NCBI RefSeq assembly: GCF_038025025.1
Contig: NW_027117344.1
Span: 496,001-560,000 of the forward strand
Length of the DNA: 64,000 nt
Source: Phyllosticta citribraziliensis
Taxonomy: Eukaryota
Reading direction: 5' to 3'
Positions 37,161-49,849 of the stretch are shown one piece after another. The translations under genes and the position numbers were made by a program. Each line of letters starts with the position of its first letter. The first letter of the stretch is position 1. The notes beneath the pieces were generated by a model that did not search any database, had not been told where the DNA came from, and was given only the letters and a program-made list of their open reading frames with translations.

Positions 37161-37936
37161 ATGTGGTGTGGCATCATGGCATGGCGTCGAATATGTTTGG
37201 CGGTTTGCATGCATTTTGCAGCCTGGAGTTGCGGTGGCGGTGCTTTGTCCTCGTCGTTGTCGTGTACTCGATCGACTTCTTGCATGTCGCCGGCGCTTGT
37301 ACAGTACACCTCTAGATGCGGTGCGTGTGGTGTTAGTTACGCGGTCATGATTTGACGTCTTAACGATACATTTTCTCTCACATACTCCATTCACTCTGCC
37401 TGCTCCTCGTCTAGAGGCACCACGGGCAAAATCAAAGCCGTCGTAGAAGTGTCGAGGTCACGCTCTCCGCTTCGAGAGAGGCTCGGCCGTCACGATGCCC
37501 CTGTTTTTTGTATTGTCACTCCCGCTACAAATTGTCCGAGCCGCATTGTGTGAGTGGTAAGTAATGTGGCCGTAGGAAGGCAAGCGAATAAGGACGCGTC
37601 TCTCGCATTCAACATAAGAATGGAGGCTGGCTGGATTCATGACGACGACGTGTCCAGCGAAAGAGGCCCGGCAAGTAGCAATATGAAGAGTCATTTCTAT
37701 CAGCTCTACTTGCTTCTACTCCTCCACGACGGGGACAAAAAGAGTATACCTTCTGTACTCACATATCTGTCGAATCCCAACGACGACGACGGCCGAGTCC
37801 TCTAAACGCCATGCTATGCCAATGATATGAGAAACCGAATACAACAGCCAGCCGACTGAAACACCGAAACCCACCCAGAAGCCCTCATCTTTCCAGCACC
37901 GTCTCCCGTCCCCTCCAGCCGCAGCTCCGGTTGCTT

Positions 37937-39244
37937 TCATATGCCGAGATAGTACTTGCTCCTCTCGTACACGAAGAAGCTCGTCGCAACCATCGGAATC
38001 ACCTTGATGTAGCCAATGGTCAAGCCGACGAAGAAGCCGCGCCACCCGCGCTCGAGGAAGATGGTGCGCGTCGTCTCGGCCATGCCGAGCCTGTGGCCAT
38101 CGCCCACCACGCCGCCGACCTGCATGCGTCGCCGGATCACCTCGAGCGGATATGATACGGTTTGCCCGACGAAGCCCGCCAGCCCGCCCGTGGCCAATTC
38201 AGCCCAATACCGCAGCTGAGCGGGCTTCTTGGGGTTGCGCCGCGCTTCTTCTTGTGCGCCGTCGCCATCTCTATGACTGCCCTTGGTCGACGGCCGTCCG
38301 CCCTCCGTGTTGGGTAACGTCGTGTAGGGCGCGAGCCGCGGATGTCGCATCAGGTCGGATGCCGTGTCGTGTGTGAGGAACGAAGCGCCGGCGTACGGGA
38401 ACATGCCCCATATCGTGGGAGTGAAGCCGCGGAAGAAGTTTCCAAGGCCATGGCGAGGAGTGACGGCCTGAGCGGTGGCTGCTGCAGCGGCGACGGGAGC
38501 AGGGCTGCCGCCAGGGACGGGTCTCGGGGGTATTCGCTCGTTGTAGATCTTTTTGCAAATGGTCGAAAAGGTCGAACGAGAGTCTTGACGGGTCTCAAAG
38601 GCCAGGCGCACGCGGATAACTTCGAGCGGGTAGGTGAAAAAGACGGAGATGATGCCGGCCGAGGAGCCACTGAGAAAGCGGCGGACGGGCGTCTCTTGCG
38701 ATTTGTCGCGAATGATGGCGGCGCGGAGTTGTTCGTACGCGAGGAACTTGATTCCACCGTAGGGAAAGATGCGTAAAAGGGTTGCCGAGTGTCCTTTGAA
38801 GAGCCCCCGCACGCCGTTCTGGTTGTAGATTGCGCCCATTCCTTGAGCAATCCCCAACCAGGAGCCGCTGTATTTGACGAATTGTGGATTCGATGCTTGC
38901 AAGAGGATCTTGACGCGGTCGAGAGGGCCAACGACGGTTTTTGCCTGTGTCGTGCCTTGTTAGCCAGGATAGTTCTTTGACGTCGTCAAGTATAGCCTTA
39001 CAGCGCAACTTGCTACTCCGCCTGCAAGCCCGCTCTTGACAATGTACTCCCAGCTCTGCTTTTCCATTTTCGGCCGAGGCTGGAGCCCTTCGCTTCTCGA
39101 GTCAAGACGTTGCGGAGGGGCGGCGTGCGCTACCGGAGCGGTCATCGGGGATGGCGGGGTTTGGTGAGATGGTTGTGGAAGGTCAACGAGTTGGATAAGG
39201 TGCGGGTCCTCTGAGGCATGGCCGCCATGGATGCTCTCTGGCAT
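37937..39244 (-). CDS. LEU5: Mitochondrial carrier, LEU5/Graves-disease-carrier (CoA transporter) type; exons 39244-39002 (start could be ATG 39145) and 38944-37937
   Basis: Three carrier repeats with Px[DE]xx[KR] motifs (PLDRVKIL, PLEVIRVR, PLEVIRRRMQ); GHSATLLRIFPY, AKTVVGPL, FFVGLTIGYIKVIP. Confidence 0.92.
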
Positions 39245-39807
39245 CCCCTTGGTCTGGAGGCGACTGACGGCGGCCTGGCTGGATGGCACGCGGGGCGAGG
39301 GTCCTGGTTGTGGAGGTGGGCCGGTGGAGGAGTTGAGTGCACCGGCAGCGACATCAAATCCCGTAATGCCTATAGGCCGAGGTCCAGTTCAATTCCAGTC
39401 CGGTCCTTCGGCCCGCCACCTGGAGCCGAGACCGCTTCCGATGCCTCAACACCAACTACTGCTCCATCACGATGGCCCTTTGTCCTGAAATACCCTTGTG
39501 ATAAGGGGTGTTAATACAGTGCCAACGATCAGGGTCCCTCATCCATTCAGGGTCTGTCACCCATTCTTTCCTTGGACCATGTTCTCAAGCGTTACCAGAA
39601 GAAAAAGTCTGCTTTTTCATTCCTGTTTCAATCAAGTCATTCATAAATCGGCCGTGTTTGATCTTTATGTGTTTTGAGCAATACAAGTCCTGCGCCAATT
39701 CTATCGATCTTTGAGATCCTCCAACTTTTCGAGAACCGTGCCGTCTCTTCGCGAAGACCTCCACCCAAATCCATCCGCACAGCCTGCAAACTCCGTCGAC
39801 TCTCAGC

Positions 39808-41244
39808 ATGAATCCAATTCTCTACCAAAACTATGATCGCACAGTCATTCTTCTAGACATTCCGACCTCCATCGCCGCTGCCCAAGGAACAAAGTTGCAT
39901 CCAATTCGCTCGCTTTTGCTCTCACGCGAGCCCCCAGCCGAGCCATACGGCGGACCGCTGCATGAAAACTCGAATCTTGCGACCAATCCCAATGGTTTCG
40001 ACGAAGGACTGCATCGGTCCTACCAGGAATTGTCGCTTGCCGCCCTGAGCCACATTGAAGCCAACCGGAGCAACCAACAGTGGTGCCTGCCTAGAAGCCT
40101 CCCGTCGCTTGAGCATGCGCCTCCGCAAAGCGTGCAAGGTTCCTTGAAGAAGCGCAAACTTGAGGAGACGACTACGTCTATGGAAAAAGATTGCAGCGAT
40201 CCAGATACAGCCGAAGGACAAGTTTTGAGAATACCGGCCGAAATGCTGGCCAAGCTAGTCAAAGACGATCCACATTCACTCGCCTTGAACCAACGGCAGA
40301 CATGGCGAGAGCAGCAGGACGGCAAGAATGAAAGCCAAGCCCACGTCACAGAATCCATCGAAGGGTTGGACAGCGACGAGTACGACTCTTGCTTCTACAA
40401 TGCAGAGCGGTTTCCCGTCACCATAGCCATCACGAACATGAAATCCCAGAACCCCAGGCTCTTCCAGATCCCTCCATGTGCATCTTTCCTCCTATCCGAC
40501 TGTCGCGAATCAGGCCATTTGCGCTCAGCAATAAGAAGCCTATCACAAGACTACGGCCATCCTAGAAAGTTCGACCTCGTCGTAATGGACCCTCCATGGC
40601 CCAACGCGTCGGTCCGGCACAAAAAGGGCTACCAGACCTACAACCTCAGAGAGCTAAAGACTATGCTACTCAAGATGGATATCGACATGGTGATTGCACC
40701 GAACGGTGTTGTCTGCGTGTGGATCACCAATTCGGAGCGTGTCCGACAAGGCGTCCTTGGACCCGGTGGCCTCTTTGAGCACTGGGGCGTCGCTTTGGTG
40801 GAAGAGTGGATTTGGCTCAAGACGACTGTGTCTGGCGTCCCGCAGAGCCCTCTTTCCAGTGGATGGCGCAAGCCGCACGAGGTGTTGCTGGTTGGCCGAG
40901 TCTCGGATTGGATGCAGCCGGAGAGCCAGGTGTTTGCCGGACAAGAGACGATCAAGAGGAGGGTCGTGGCGGCGGTGCCAGACCTGCACAGTAGAAAACC
41001 GTGCATCAAGTCACTGGTGGAGGAGCTCGTTCTGAACAAGAGGGAGGGAGAGTATGCTGGGTTGGAGTTGTTTGGGAGGTATGCCGTCGCCGGCTGGTGT
41101 GTTTGGGGCAACGAGGCAATCAAGTACAATTGGGACGTGTACTGGAAGGACGAGGTGAATCTGGGAATGACGGGAGCAGAAAAGCAGACGGCAGATCTCG
41201 AGCAAGGTCCAGAGGCAAAGAAGCCCAAGCTTGCAGCGGAATAG
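39808..41244 (+). CDS. METTL4: MT-A70 family N6-adenine methyltransferase, METTL4/DAMT-1-like clade, 478 aa, intronless
   Basis: FDLVVMDPPWPNASVR catalytic motif IV, VCVWITN, EEWIWLK, RKPHEVLLVGR, VPDLHSRKP, LELFGR..AGW.VWGNE. Confidence 0.9.
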   Translation: MNPILYQNYDRTVILLDIPTSIAAAQGTKLHPIRSLLLSREPPAEPYGGPLHENSNLATNPNGFDEGLHRSYQELSLAALSHIEANRSNQQWCLPRSLPSLEHAPPQSVQGSLKKRKLEETTTSMEKDCSDPDTAEGQVLRIPAEMLAKLVKDDPHSLALNQRQTWREQQDGKNESQAHVTESIEGLDSDEYDSCFYNAERFPVTIAITNMKSQNPRLFQIPPCASFLLSDCRESGHLRSAIRSLSQDYGHPRKFDLVVMDPPWPNASVRHKKGYQTYNLRELKTMLLKMDIDMVIAPNGVVCVWITNSERVRQGVLGPGGLFEHWGVALVEEWIWLKTTVSGVPQSPLSSGWRKPHEVLLVGRVSDWMQPESQVFAGQETIKRRVVAAVPDLHSRKPCIKSLVEELVLNKREGEYAGLELFGRYAVAGWCVWGNEAIKYNWDVYWKDEVNLGMTGAEKQTADLEQGPEAKKPKLAAE

Positions 41245-44200
41245 ATCACTAACACCATCCAATCTTGCAAATATGCACTTGAGGATGTTGAGGTTGCTGT
41301 TGCAAATGGGTTCGGCCGTACAAGTCACCACTTCTGCAAAAAGACTGGCTGCCTTCAGTGGCTACTGGCTAAAAGCAAAAAGAACATTGACAAAGGTAAT
41401 GTCAACAGTCAAAACAGTTCGGTCGCAGGACGGGCCCAATCCTGCTCCCTACGTCTGCCCACGCGCGGAAACCCTCTCAGAGGACGAGACCCGGTCAAGT
41501 CTCGAACTCCAGACCACCAGGTTAGGGGGTAAGGCGCATGCAGAGGCGGAGGCAGCGAGATGTGTACTCGCCTACCAATTGACCACACCACCGGACCCGT
41601 AACCTGGTGAATGGGATGATGACTGCGTTTTTGGTTTATATAGAGGGGCTCCACTCGCAGCTGACCGAGGTAGTGCCGTTGTGGTGATTGTTGCCGTCGT
41701 CGTCGGGTGCTGGTGACGATGCTCGCTGCCATCGTCGCCATCGGCGTGGTGTTGATGCCGCCGCACCGTCTCCGCCGCCATCACTTCACCACAGATGGAT
41801 TTTTCTTACCGTCACCCCGCCACAGTCAGTCTTCTACTATTCTCCTACTCATTCTCGCCAGCCTAGTAGTGTGGCAACTTTCTCTTGCCGTCGTCGAAAT
41901 GCTGATGTCGCCGCCGGCGCCAGTCACCTCACGCACAGGTGAATAGAGTGGCGGCTCATTGAGCAGCAAAGAAATCACTTTGTCCTCAGACCACACTCAA
42001 GTCTCCGCAGACAAGTGCAGGCAAACAAAGGAGGATCGCCCACCTCCCAAAACAAAGCCGATGCAAAAACAAAGACCCGAGCCTCACTGATTGCGCGCAG
42101 TCCCGGCCCAAGCCTTCAACACGATGGGACATGTTTCGTTCGCATATCATTCAGAGCATTTCAAACTTTGAAATTTTTACCCGCAGCTCTATGCAAAGTT
42201 CCCTTCGAAAGACTCCACAATCGGAGAAAACTCCAGGCGAAATCGAGGGATCGCCACCACTCGGTTTGCACAACAGCTAGCAATGGAGGCTTTGGAAATG
42301 CTCTAGTGTGCGATGGAAGTTTCGTAAGTTTTGCGAGCCTTGACGAGCTTGGGGGAGGTGAGTGCTGTAAGAAAACCTGGGTATTTGTAGATTTGACAGC
42401 TATGGATGCAGCAACAACACCGTGTGGTGGGAAGGGCCTGGTATGAAGGGTGTGATGCAATATGGATTGTGCTATTTGAAGCGTGTGGAGCGTCGTCTTC
42501 AGACATAGCCAACTCTTCAGGCCTATCTGCTCTACGTGTATTCACTCAAGATGATTTTCCGTTTCTATATCTGCGGCCGAGCTTGCGCAACTCTAAAAAA
42601 GTCGGCGAAACTACACGGGAAGGGCGGAATTTGAATAACCAAATTCATTTTTGCTTGGTTTGCGCCACAATATGATAGTTTCCAACACTTGCTGTTCCAG
42701 GGAGCATTCCATCCACACATGGGTTCTGTGAATCAACAGGTGGGGTTCAGATAATTTGCTTTTTCCATCGTATTGCCTTTTCTCCCAGAAACGATACACC
42801 CAGCTTGGTGCAAACACCAGGCATCAGCCAAGGTTCTGAACGAGTATTCGTGGTGCCCCTACTTGGATAAGCTTTGAGGCAAGACCATCAAGCCCGGAAG
42901 ATTCCCAAAGACGAGCGAGGTGGCGAGAAGAGCCATTGCGTCGTGGCTGAGGTCTTGCTCTGCATGGCTGAGGCTGTCTTCGGCTTCCTTGGCAATGGAG
43001 AGACATGCTATCAATTGAACTCCGGCACTTTGACCGCTCTTTCTCATTGCGTAAGTTGTGGCATGTGGTCAGATCAAGAGGGCTGAAACGCGTCATATTC
43101 TATCGTGATGCCCGTCAGAGACTGCAAGCAGTCATGATGATGGGTGGATAGGGTGTAGGCATCCAACGACAATATCCGGTCAGTCGACCACAACCCAAAC
43201 GGAGAATTACCAGATAATGGAGGGGATGGTGCTGCTGCGGTGCCTTGGTGTCTGAACAAGGGATGCGCATGCTCAAGTTTGGCCGCAAATTGTTCCGCTC
43301 ACATGGGCAGAGGCGTCGTCAGTCTGGTATGTGTAGCCATCGTCTTTAGAAGCTGAAACACAGATCTCAAGCCATCTCGCAGGCTTGGGGGGCCGTGTGT
43401 GCCCTCAGGCCTATTTTACGCGGGTATAGATGCTGGTTGGAGGCAGCACACCCTCGTCGAGCGTGGCAGACCGTTGAGACAGAGACAAGAATACACGAGG
43501 ACAAGAAGATTGTTGGGTGACCCCCTTGCGCAGGTCGCACGGCAGAGGAGGTGGTGTTGGAGTTGAGAGGACTCGCGCATTGATTTCCGACGCGACCCCA
43601 TCCATTCCTCTCGTCACCACCAACCAGCCAGCGCCCTCGCCCGCGTCCCGTCTGCATCTGCGCGCGACAAACACCGCAAGCGCAGCATTCGATTATCGAC
43701 GCGTCCATCTGACTTTTCGCCTCGTCCCTCCAAGCTGCTGCTGCTGCTGCAGGGCGCAGCCAAGCTCAAGGGCCGATCCGCTGGGGACGCACCAAAGGCG
43801 AGCGCCATTTGTTACTCACGACTGCGACGACCAATCATCACGGCAGCCCGCAGAGCTGCTTTTGGCCGCCACTGCTACCGGCAGGCTGGACGAGAAGAGC
43901 TCCAGCTCCCCAGCAGAGGCAACCGGATGTGCTAGCCTGGCGTCGTGAATTCGAAGCGAGCTGTGCAGATCGACAAACTGCCTCCCTCTCTACCCTCGAC
44001 ACACCCAAACTCTTCCCCTCCGGCCTTTCTGCCATCGACACAAGTCCGCTGACCGCTGTCTATCCTCGTCCACGGCCCCTTGCCCTCCTGACAGGCCCTT
44101 CTGACTGCCCAGCTCTCCTTTGACAACCCTACCTAGCGTCCTTGCCCGTCGCCTCCCAGCCTCGAGGTAAGCTTGCGCTCCGTCCGCATCCTCTGCGCAC

Positions 44201-46973
44201 AGCAGTAAGCAGGGCCACAGTCAACACTGGAAACCAACGTTCCTGCCATGCGCCCACTGGGATCCGGTCATCGCCGCGCCCTGACTGTCCACAGCACCCA
44301 GTCTGGTGAGAATCCATGCTCAGTCCAGCACCGTTTCGCCTTCCTGCTTCCTTCGGACGCCCCCCAACCCAACGATTCTTCAATATCAATCGCTACCCAA
44401 CCAGGTGCGCAACATGTCTAAGCCAAAGACCCAGGAAGAACCCATGATGCGCCTCACAAAACTGCCTTCACTGCCACAGTAAGCCCTTGTTTACATTGCC
44501 AGTCCCGTGCCTTGGCTGGATTTTCCAGCATCCGAGCAGGCTGCCATGGTCAAGGGGATCCAAAGAAAGAGCAAGCCCGTCAGCCTTTGCCGTGGCTGCT
44601 TCGCCTCCAAAGTATTCGTAACCATCCTCTCAACACCATCACCAAGGCCAGCCAAACCCCGATAACGCCGAAAAGAGTATAGCCTGTCAGCCACAAAGCA
44701 CACATCTGACTTTGCTGCAAGCACCCGAGCCAGGCAAGTCGGAGAGGATCCCGCCCTCCCAAAGCTCCATCAGGCTTGGTGTAGCAGCAAAATCCAGGGT
44801 TCACTTGCACGCAGCCACCCGCAAGAACCACGGGGCCGCAAATCCGCTTTCCTATTCAGTGTGGTGGTCGACGCAAGCACTGATGTTGCACTCGACCACC
44901 ACCATTATCAATGAGCGGCACTCGCATCTCGCGTCGCCGCGCATGCCGTAAACTCCGATCCGTCACCACCACCGTTGCAGACCAAGTTCAAGGCCGACCT
45001 CCATTTCTCTTATCCATGTACTCGACGCAGACTTGCCATGCATGCATGGCGCGGGACGCGATGGGCCCGTCCGGCCGCCCGCATCCCATGCGATCCCTAT
45101 TGACGCGCACGCGCGGACCTCCGTAGCGTAACCGTGGTCAGCAACCCTGCTCCGGATATTCACTGGACCAAGACGAACCTTGGCGAGCAGCCTCCTTTCC
45201 GTCTTGTTTTTTCTCAAATTTGCTTTTTGAGAGGGCGGAGGGGCCGAGACGAAATGAGCCTCGCTGGACGCGGCTAAGCAAAAACAAATCAAGCAAATGA
45301 GGTACAATGGCGTACGGCACGACGGGCGGCCCGCGGACGACAGGTCCGTGAACAGAGTAGGAGTCGGATACGACGTACGGACCACATCGACGAGCTGCAG
45401 GATGTCGATCAGACCAAGGTCGGTGGCCCAAGACCTGTCCAAACCAAAAACGGGACCTGCCAAAGATGAGGGTGTGCTGTGCTAAGGCAAGGTCAAGGGG
45501 CACCCCGCCCATCTCCACGTGCAGCAACTCTGGATGGCTCATGGCCAACGCCAATGGTCAAACACGGGTAAGAGCGGCCAGGAGTAACTGGATAGTTTCG
45601 ACTGTTCGGCTGCGTTCCAGAATGCGTTTCTATCCGCTGCCCGCACTTTTCGCCGCTTCAGCTTTCGCCATGGTCTCAGACACTTTGCCGTCTACCTCTG
45701 CCATACCCCGGCCCCTTTTCGCTTTCCCAATCTGCTGCGCAACAACCACTACCACCAACAAGACGCCCGTTATGTCGTGTCCCGACCGAGAAAAAACAAA
45801 GAAGATTAACTGACGAGCCCGCCCGGGAACTGGCGACAAAACTAGGCAGCCAAGCCAAATGTAGGCTCCAAGTTTGGCCTGGCAGCACGGTGGGAAGTTT
45901 GAGCGTTTCGCAGACGGCGACACGGCAGGCCGCAGCGACAGCGACAGTCCCGGCAGCAGAAGCAGTAGGTTGGCCGCACAGAAAGGAAGAGCTGCCGCCG
46001 GCGCTGATCCCGACAAAGGACGACTGGCCGGCCCAGAAAACGCCAACCTTTTGCTGCTCGTACAAGGCCGCAAACGAGACGGGCAGACGCGTATTAGCCA
46101 GCACCTTGGTGGATTGCTTGCTTGCTTGCTTGCTTGCGCAGCATCTTCGTCACCGTCCACCAGGCCAAGTCTAATCACATCGTCATTGTTGGCCACGCAG
46201 CCAATCACAGAGCGAATGCGGGGAAATCGCCGCGCGCGCGCACCCTGAATGCAGGCCCTCGTCCATCCATGGTGGAGAGGGAGCGCGGGCGACGACGGGT
46301 GATGTAAGCTGCAGACCGCTTGCTTGCATGCATGCGAGAGCTTGCTTGGTTCCCTGGCAGAGGTAGGTGTGCGATGTTTGCTCGTTGGCTGAGCATGCGC
46401 GCGCGCCGGCGACAGGGACAGGGGTCCCATTGGCTGCTCCGTCCGTCAGTTCCTACTACCGTACTGTATGTGCGGGAGAGGCACCAAACAATACAGCTCG
46501 CTTGGCTGAGGGTAATTAAAGCTCTGTTGCTGCCGCTTCTCCTGCCGATATGATCTGATACGGTTGCAGTCTTAAACCATGCACATCTCGAGAAGCAAAA
46601 TGTGAGTGAAGACCGCGCCAAGTCCTCACTGGCAGAGCGTGAGCGAGCGAGCGATACCGGCGGTGGTACAGGCGAGTGAGCAGGAGGTCAGTCATCAATC
46701 GGAGGAGAAACAAGATGACACTGCGCCGGGTATTGCCGTCCGTCCAGGTAGGGCAGGCAGTGCAGCAGGAGGGTGGGCAAGCAAAAAACCAAGTGATGGG
46801 CAAACAGGTTGGCTGTCTGTCTGTCTATCCGGCTAGCTCGGGCCGGGCGTGGTGGGCTGGACTGGACTGGACTGGATCGTCGTCTCGGAGCTGTGGCTTT
46901 ACTATAGGTAAGTTTTCTGTCTGATTTCTTTGTTGATTGGCAGGGCTGTTACAGAGTGCTACTGGGCTCCTGC

Positions 46974-46978
<5 letters not shown>

Positions 46979-47008
<30 letters not shown>
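46979..47008. repeat. (CTG)10 microsatellite
   Basis: Read directly from the sequence. Confidence 0.9.
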
Positions 47009-47011
<3 letters not shown>

Positions 47012-48613
47012 GTGGTGGAGCAAGCGAGCGAGCAAGCACGAATGCCGAGCGCAGAGCGAGAAGCATCTAGGTTAGGCGTGTGCAACCTGGATTCAAGCTG
47101 GCTAGCCTGCACTCAGTCTACACACAGGCACGGCGTATCCCACCACCACCACCACCGACAACAACTTACCGGTACGGTACCGACGGTCGATGCGCAGAAG
47201 TAGCACACAAAATGCCGTCTACTCTTGGAGGCATTTTTTCCCCTCCACCCTTGGCCTTCATGCCTACATGCCTACATGCCTACATACATGGAAACCAAGG
47301 TAGATCGGTCGGCGGCCGGCGGTGGTTACATTCATCAGCTGCCCGTCAACGGTAATCTCCCTCTCCTACACACACACGGGCTCTGCGCGCCGCCGATCCC
47401 GTCACATCAACCCAAGGCACCACGGCAGTCGTCTGTCAATCTGTCCGTCTGTCAGTCTGTATGTCAGTCCGTCAGTCCACCTGCGCCCTTAATCACTTAC
47501 CCACCACCACCATCACCTTCTTTGTGGCTCCGCTGGCCGGCTAGCCGGCCGCTCGCAACCGCTTGGCTTCGACTAGAGAAAGGAAGGGATCGTCGCTCTG
47601 GTGTGTGCTTGATGCTCTATACTCGCTCGCCTCCTCCACCTCCACACTACTACATCCGGCGTGATAGAAGTGGGTCTGCGGCAGACTCACTCGCCCGCTC
47701 TTTCTGCCTGCGGTGCCTGGTGACCCTCTTCCTCATTTATGTCTTGCTTGCTCTGTGGTCCCCCCCTTTTTGCAGCGTGATGGACGGTAGAGTGGGAGAG
47801 GAAAGAGGAGGGGCGGATTGACGAATGAGAGCAGCAACAGCAGCAGCAGCAGTGGGATAAAGTGTGGAGCGTGCGTCGGTTGTGCGCTTGCTTGCTTGCA
47901 TATGCGATGTACACCACCACAGATAGACAGACAGATGGACGTGCAGAGGTAGATGTCTGGCGGACTGACTGTCTTGCCTGAGGTGCGTCTCTGCTTTCCT
48001 TCCCGTCCATGGAGTCGAAGGCACTTGCTGCATGGTTTGCTTCATGTGGAGGCAGAGACAGAGACAGAGACAGTTGTATACACAGAAAGCAGTCTGTTGA
48101 GAACTACCAACTACAAGTCTATTGACTGTAGATGTAGATATGGATGTATGATGATGCCAAGAAGAGATGGGGCCCTCTCCCTCCCTCCTTCTTTCCATCT
48201 TTCCCTATCCCTATCAGACCATGCCATGCTGTCTGGTCAAAGGCAGTTAGAATCAACCATCTTGAAGGCGACTGTTCGACTACATTGTTCCACTGTGCCG
48301 TAGGCGCCGGCGCGTGGCGTCAGAGTGGCGGAAAGGGTGGGGGGGGGGCTGCACTGGGCTCGGCTTATGTCATGCTGCGTAAGGTAGGCAGGTTGACCAG
48401 CTAGGAGCGAGCTGGAGTATGTATGCTTGAGGGCTGGTTGAGTAATGTAGGGAGGGAGTGGACTTGAGTGTAATGGAGAGAGAATACCAGCTCTGTCCCT
48501 TACACGCCAAATCCATTAGAAAAAGCAAACCAACTCCACTGACTCATTTGTTGCGCGCTGTGCTGTGTGCTTTGTGCTGGACGATGGACAGTAGCATCAC
48601 CACTTCCCCCTTT

Positions 48614-48629
48614 CCCCCCCCCCCCCCCC
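48614..48629. repeat. Poly(C)16 tract
   Basis: Read directly from the sequence. Confidence 0.9.
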
Positions 48630-49209
48630 TCCCCCCTTCCCTGGTCTCCTTCCCATTACTATTACTATTGCCATTACCCTCACCAACCTACACCACCGCA
48701 CTGCGCCTGTCAGACGCGCCAACCGCCCATCAGTCAACGCACGCACGCACCACTAATCAGTCAGTAATCCAACCCCCCTGCGTACGCCCACGTTTGCTAT
48801 CCCCATGTCATGCCAAATGCAAAGGCGAGCGGGTAAGCAGGAACAGACTGACTGACAAATGGACAGGCAGAATGACCGACAGGCCAAGCGCAGACAGACG
48901 CCTCATGGCCTCATCTCGTCTCGCTTAAACGCATTCATTTCCATCAGCATCAGCATCTTCGTCATCAACAACATCGTCGTCATCATTCTGGAAAAAACGC
49001 AGACACACTTGCCCACTTTCCCACGCCATCATCGCAGCAGCAGCAGCAGTAGCAGGGAGGCCCATGCAAACAGGGCAGGCCAGCAGACTGGCAGCCATAG
49101 CTCCCAGATGCGCACGGACAGGGTCAAGGTAGCGGCCTAGAGAGGGTTGACAAGCGAGAGTCGAGTTAGAGTTGCGGCGGACGTGGGAGGTGGGTGCATG
49201 CGGGGGGTA

Positions 49210-49230
49210 GCGGCGGCGGCGGCGGCGGCG
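49210..49230. repeat. (GCG)7 microsatellite
   Basis: Read directly from the sequence. Confidence 0.85.
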
Positions 49231-49825
49231 GCAGGGATGAGGATGCGGATGGGGATGTGGAGGGTTAGTTTGGTTTGGTTTGGTTTGGGGAGGGAGCTGT
49301 TGAGAGGGGGTGGGGTGGGATGGGGTTTAGGGGAGTGATAGAGGGAGGGAGGTGGGTGGAGAGGTAGTTCAGATGAAAGAGAGAGAGATAGGAGAGGAGG
49401 TGACCGTATCGTCGGCGGCGGCGGCGACGCGAGGGAGGATGGACGGATGGGCAAAGGATGAATAGCCAGTCAAAGCAGACATCAAAGAAAAACTGTGGCT
49501 ATCACGCTGAAAGGCATCGAAGAAAAGGGAGCGGACAAGCGGGCGCCCGCCACGTCGACGGACGGTCAGGCCCGTCCGAGGAAAGGAAGAACGTGCATGA
49601 CGGATGGCATGGCGTGGAGTAGCTTTGTAGTGTAGTGGGTGGGCAGGATAACCGGACGCCTGGCCTGGCCTGGCCTGGGTCTATGGATGATGGCAAAGTA
49701 GAGCGTGACAGACTGACGGATGCGCGCGAGCGAGCGAGCGGATAAGATGGATAAGATGGGATGCGGGAGAGGTTGGTTGGTTTAGTTGGACGGGCAAGCT
49801 AGCTACCTAGCTAGAGATCGACAAC

Positions 49826-49849
49826 AGGTAGGTAGGTAGGTAGGTAGGT
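49826..49849. repeat. (AGGT)6 microsatellite
   Basis: Read directly from the sequence. Confidence 0.9.

Noticed and set aside
36198..37394. 398-aa minus-strand ORF (also 2187-3095, 3108-3872, 17072-17800, 31454-32251, 32629-33396)
   Set aside because: Antisense shadows of GC3-rich real genes, with no recognisable domains.
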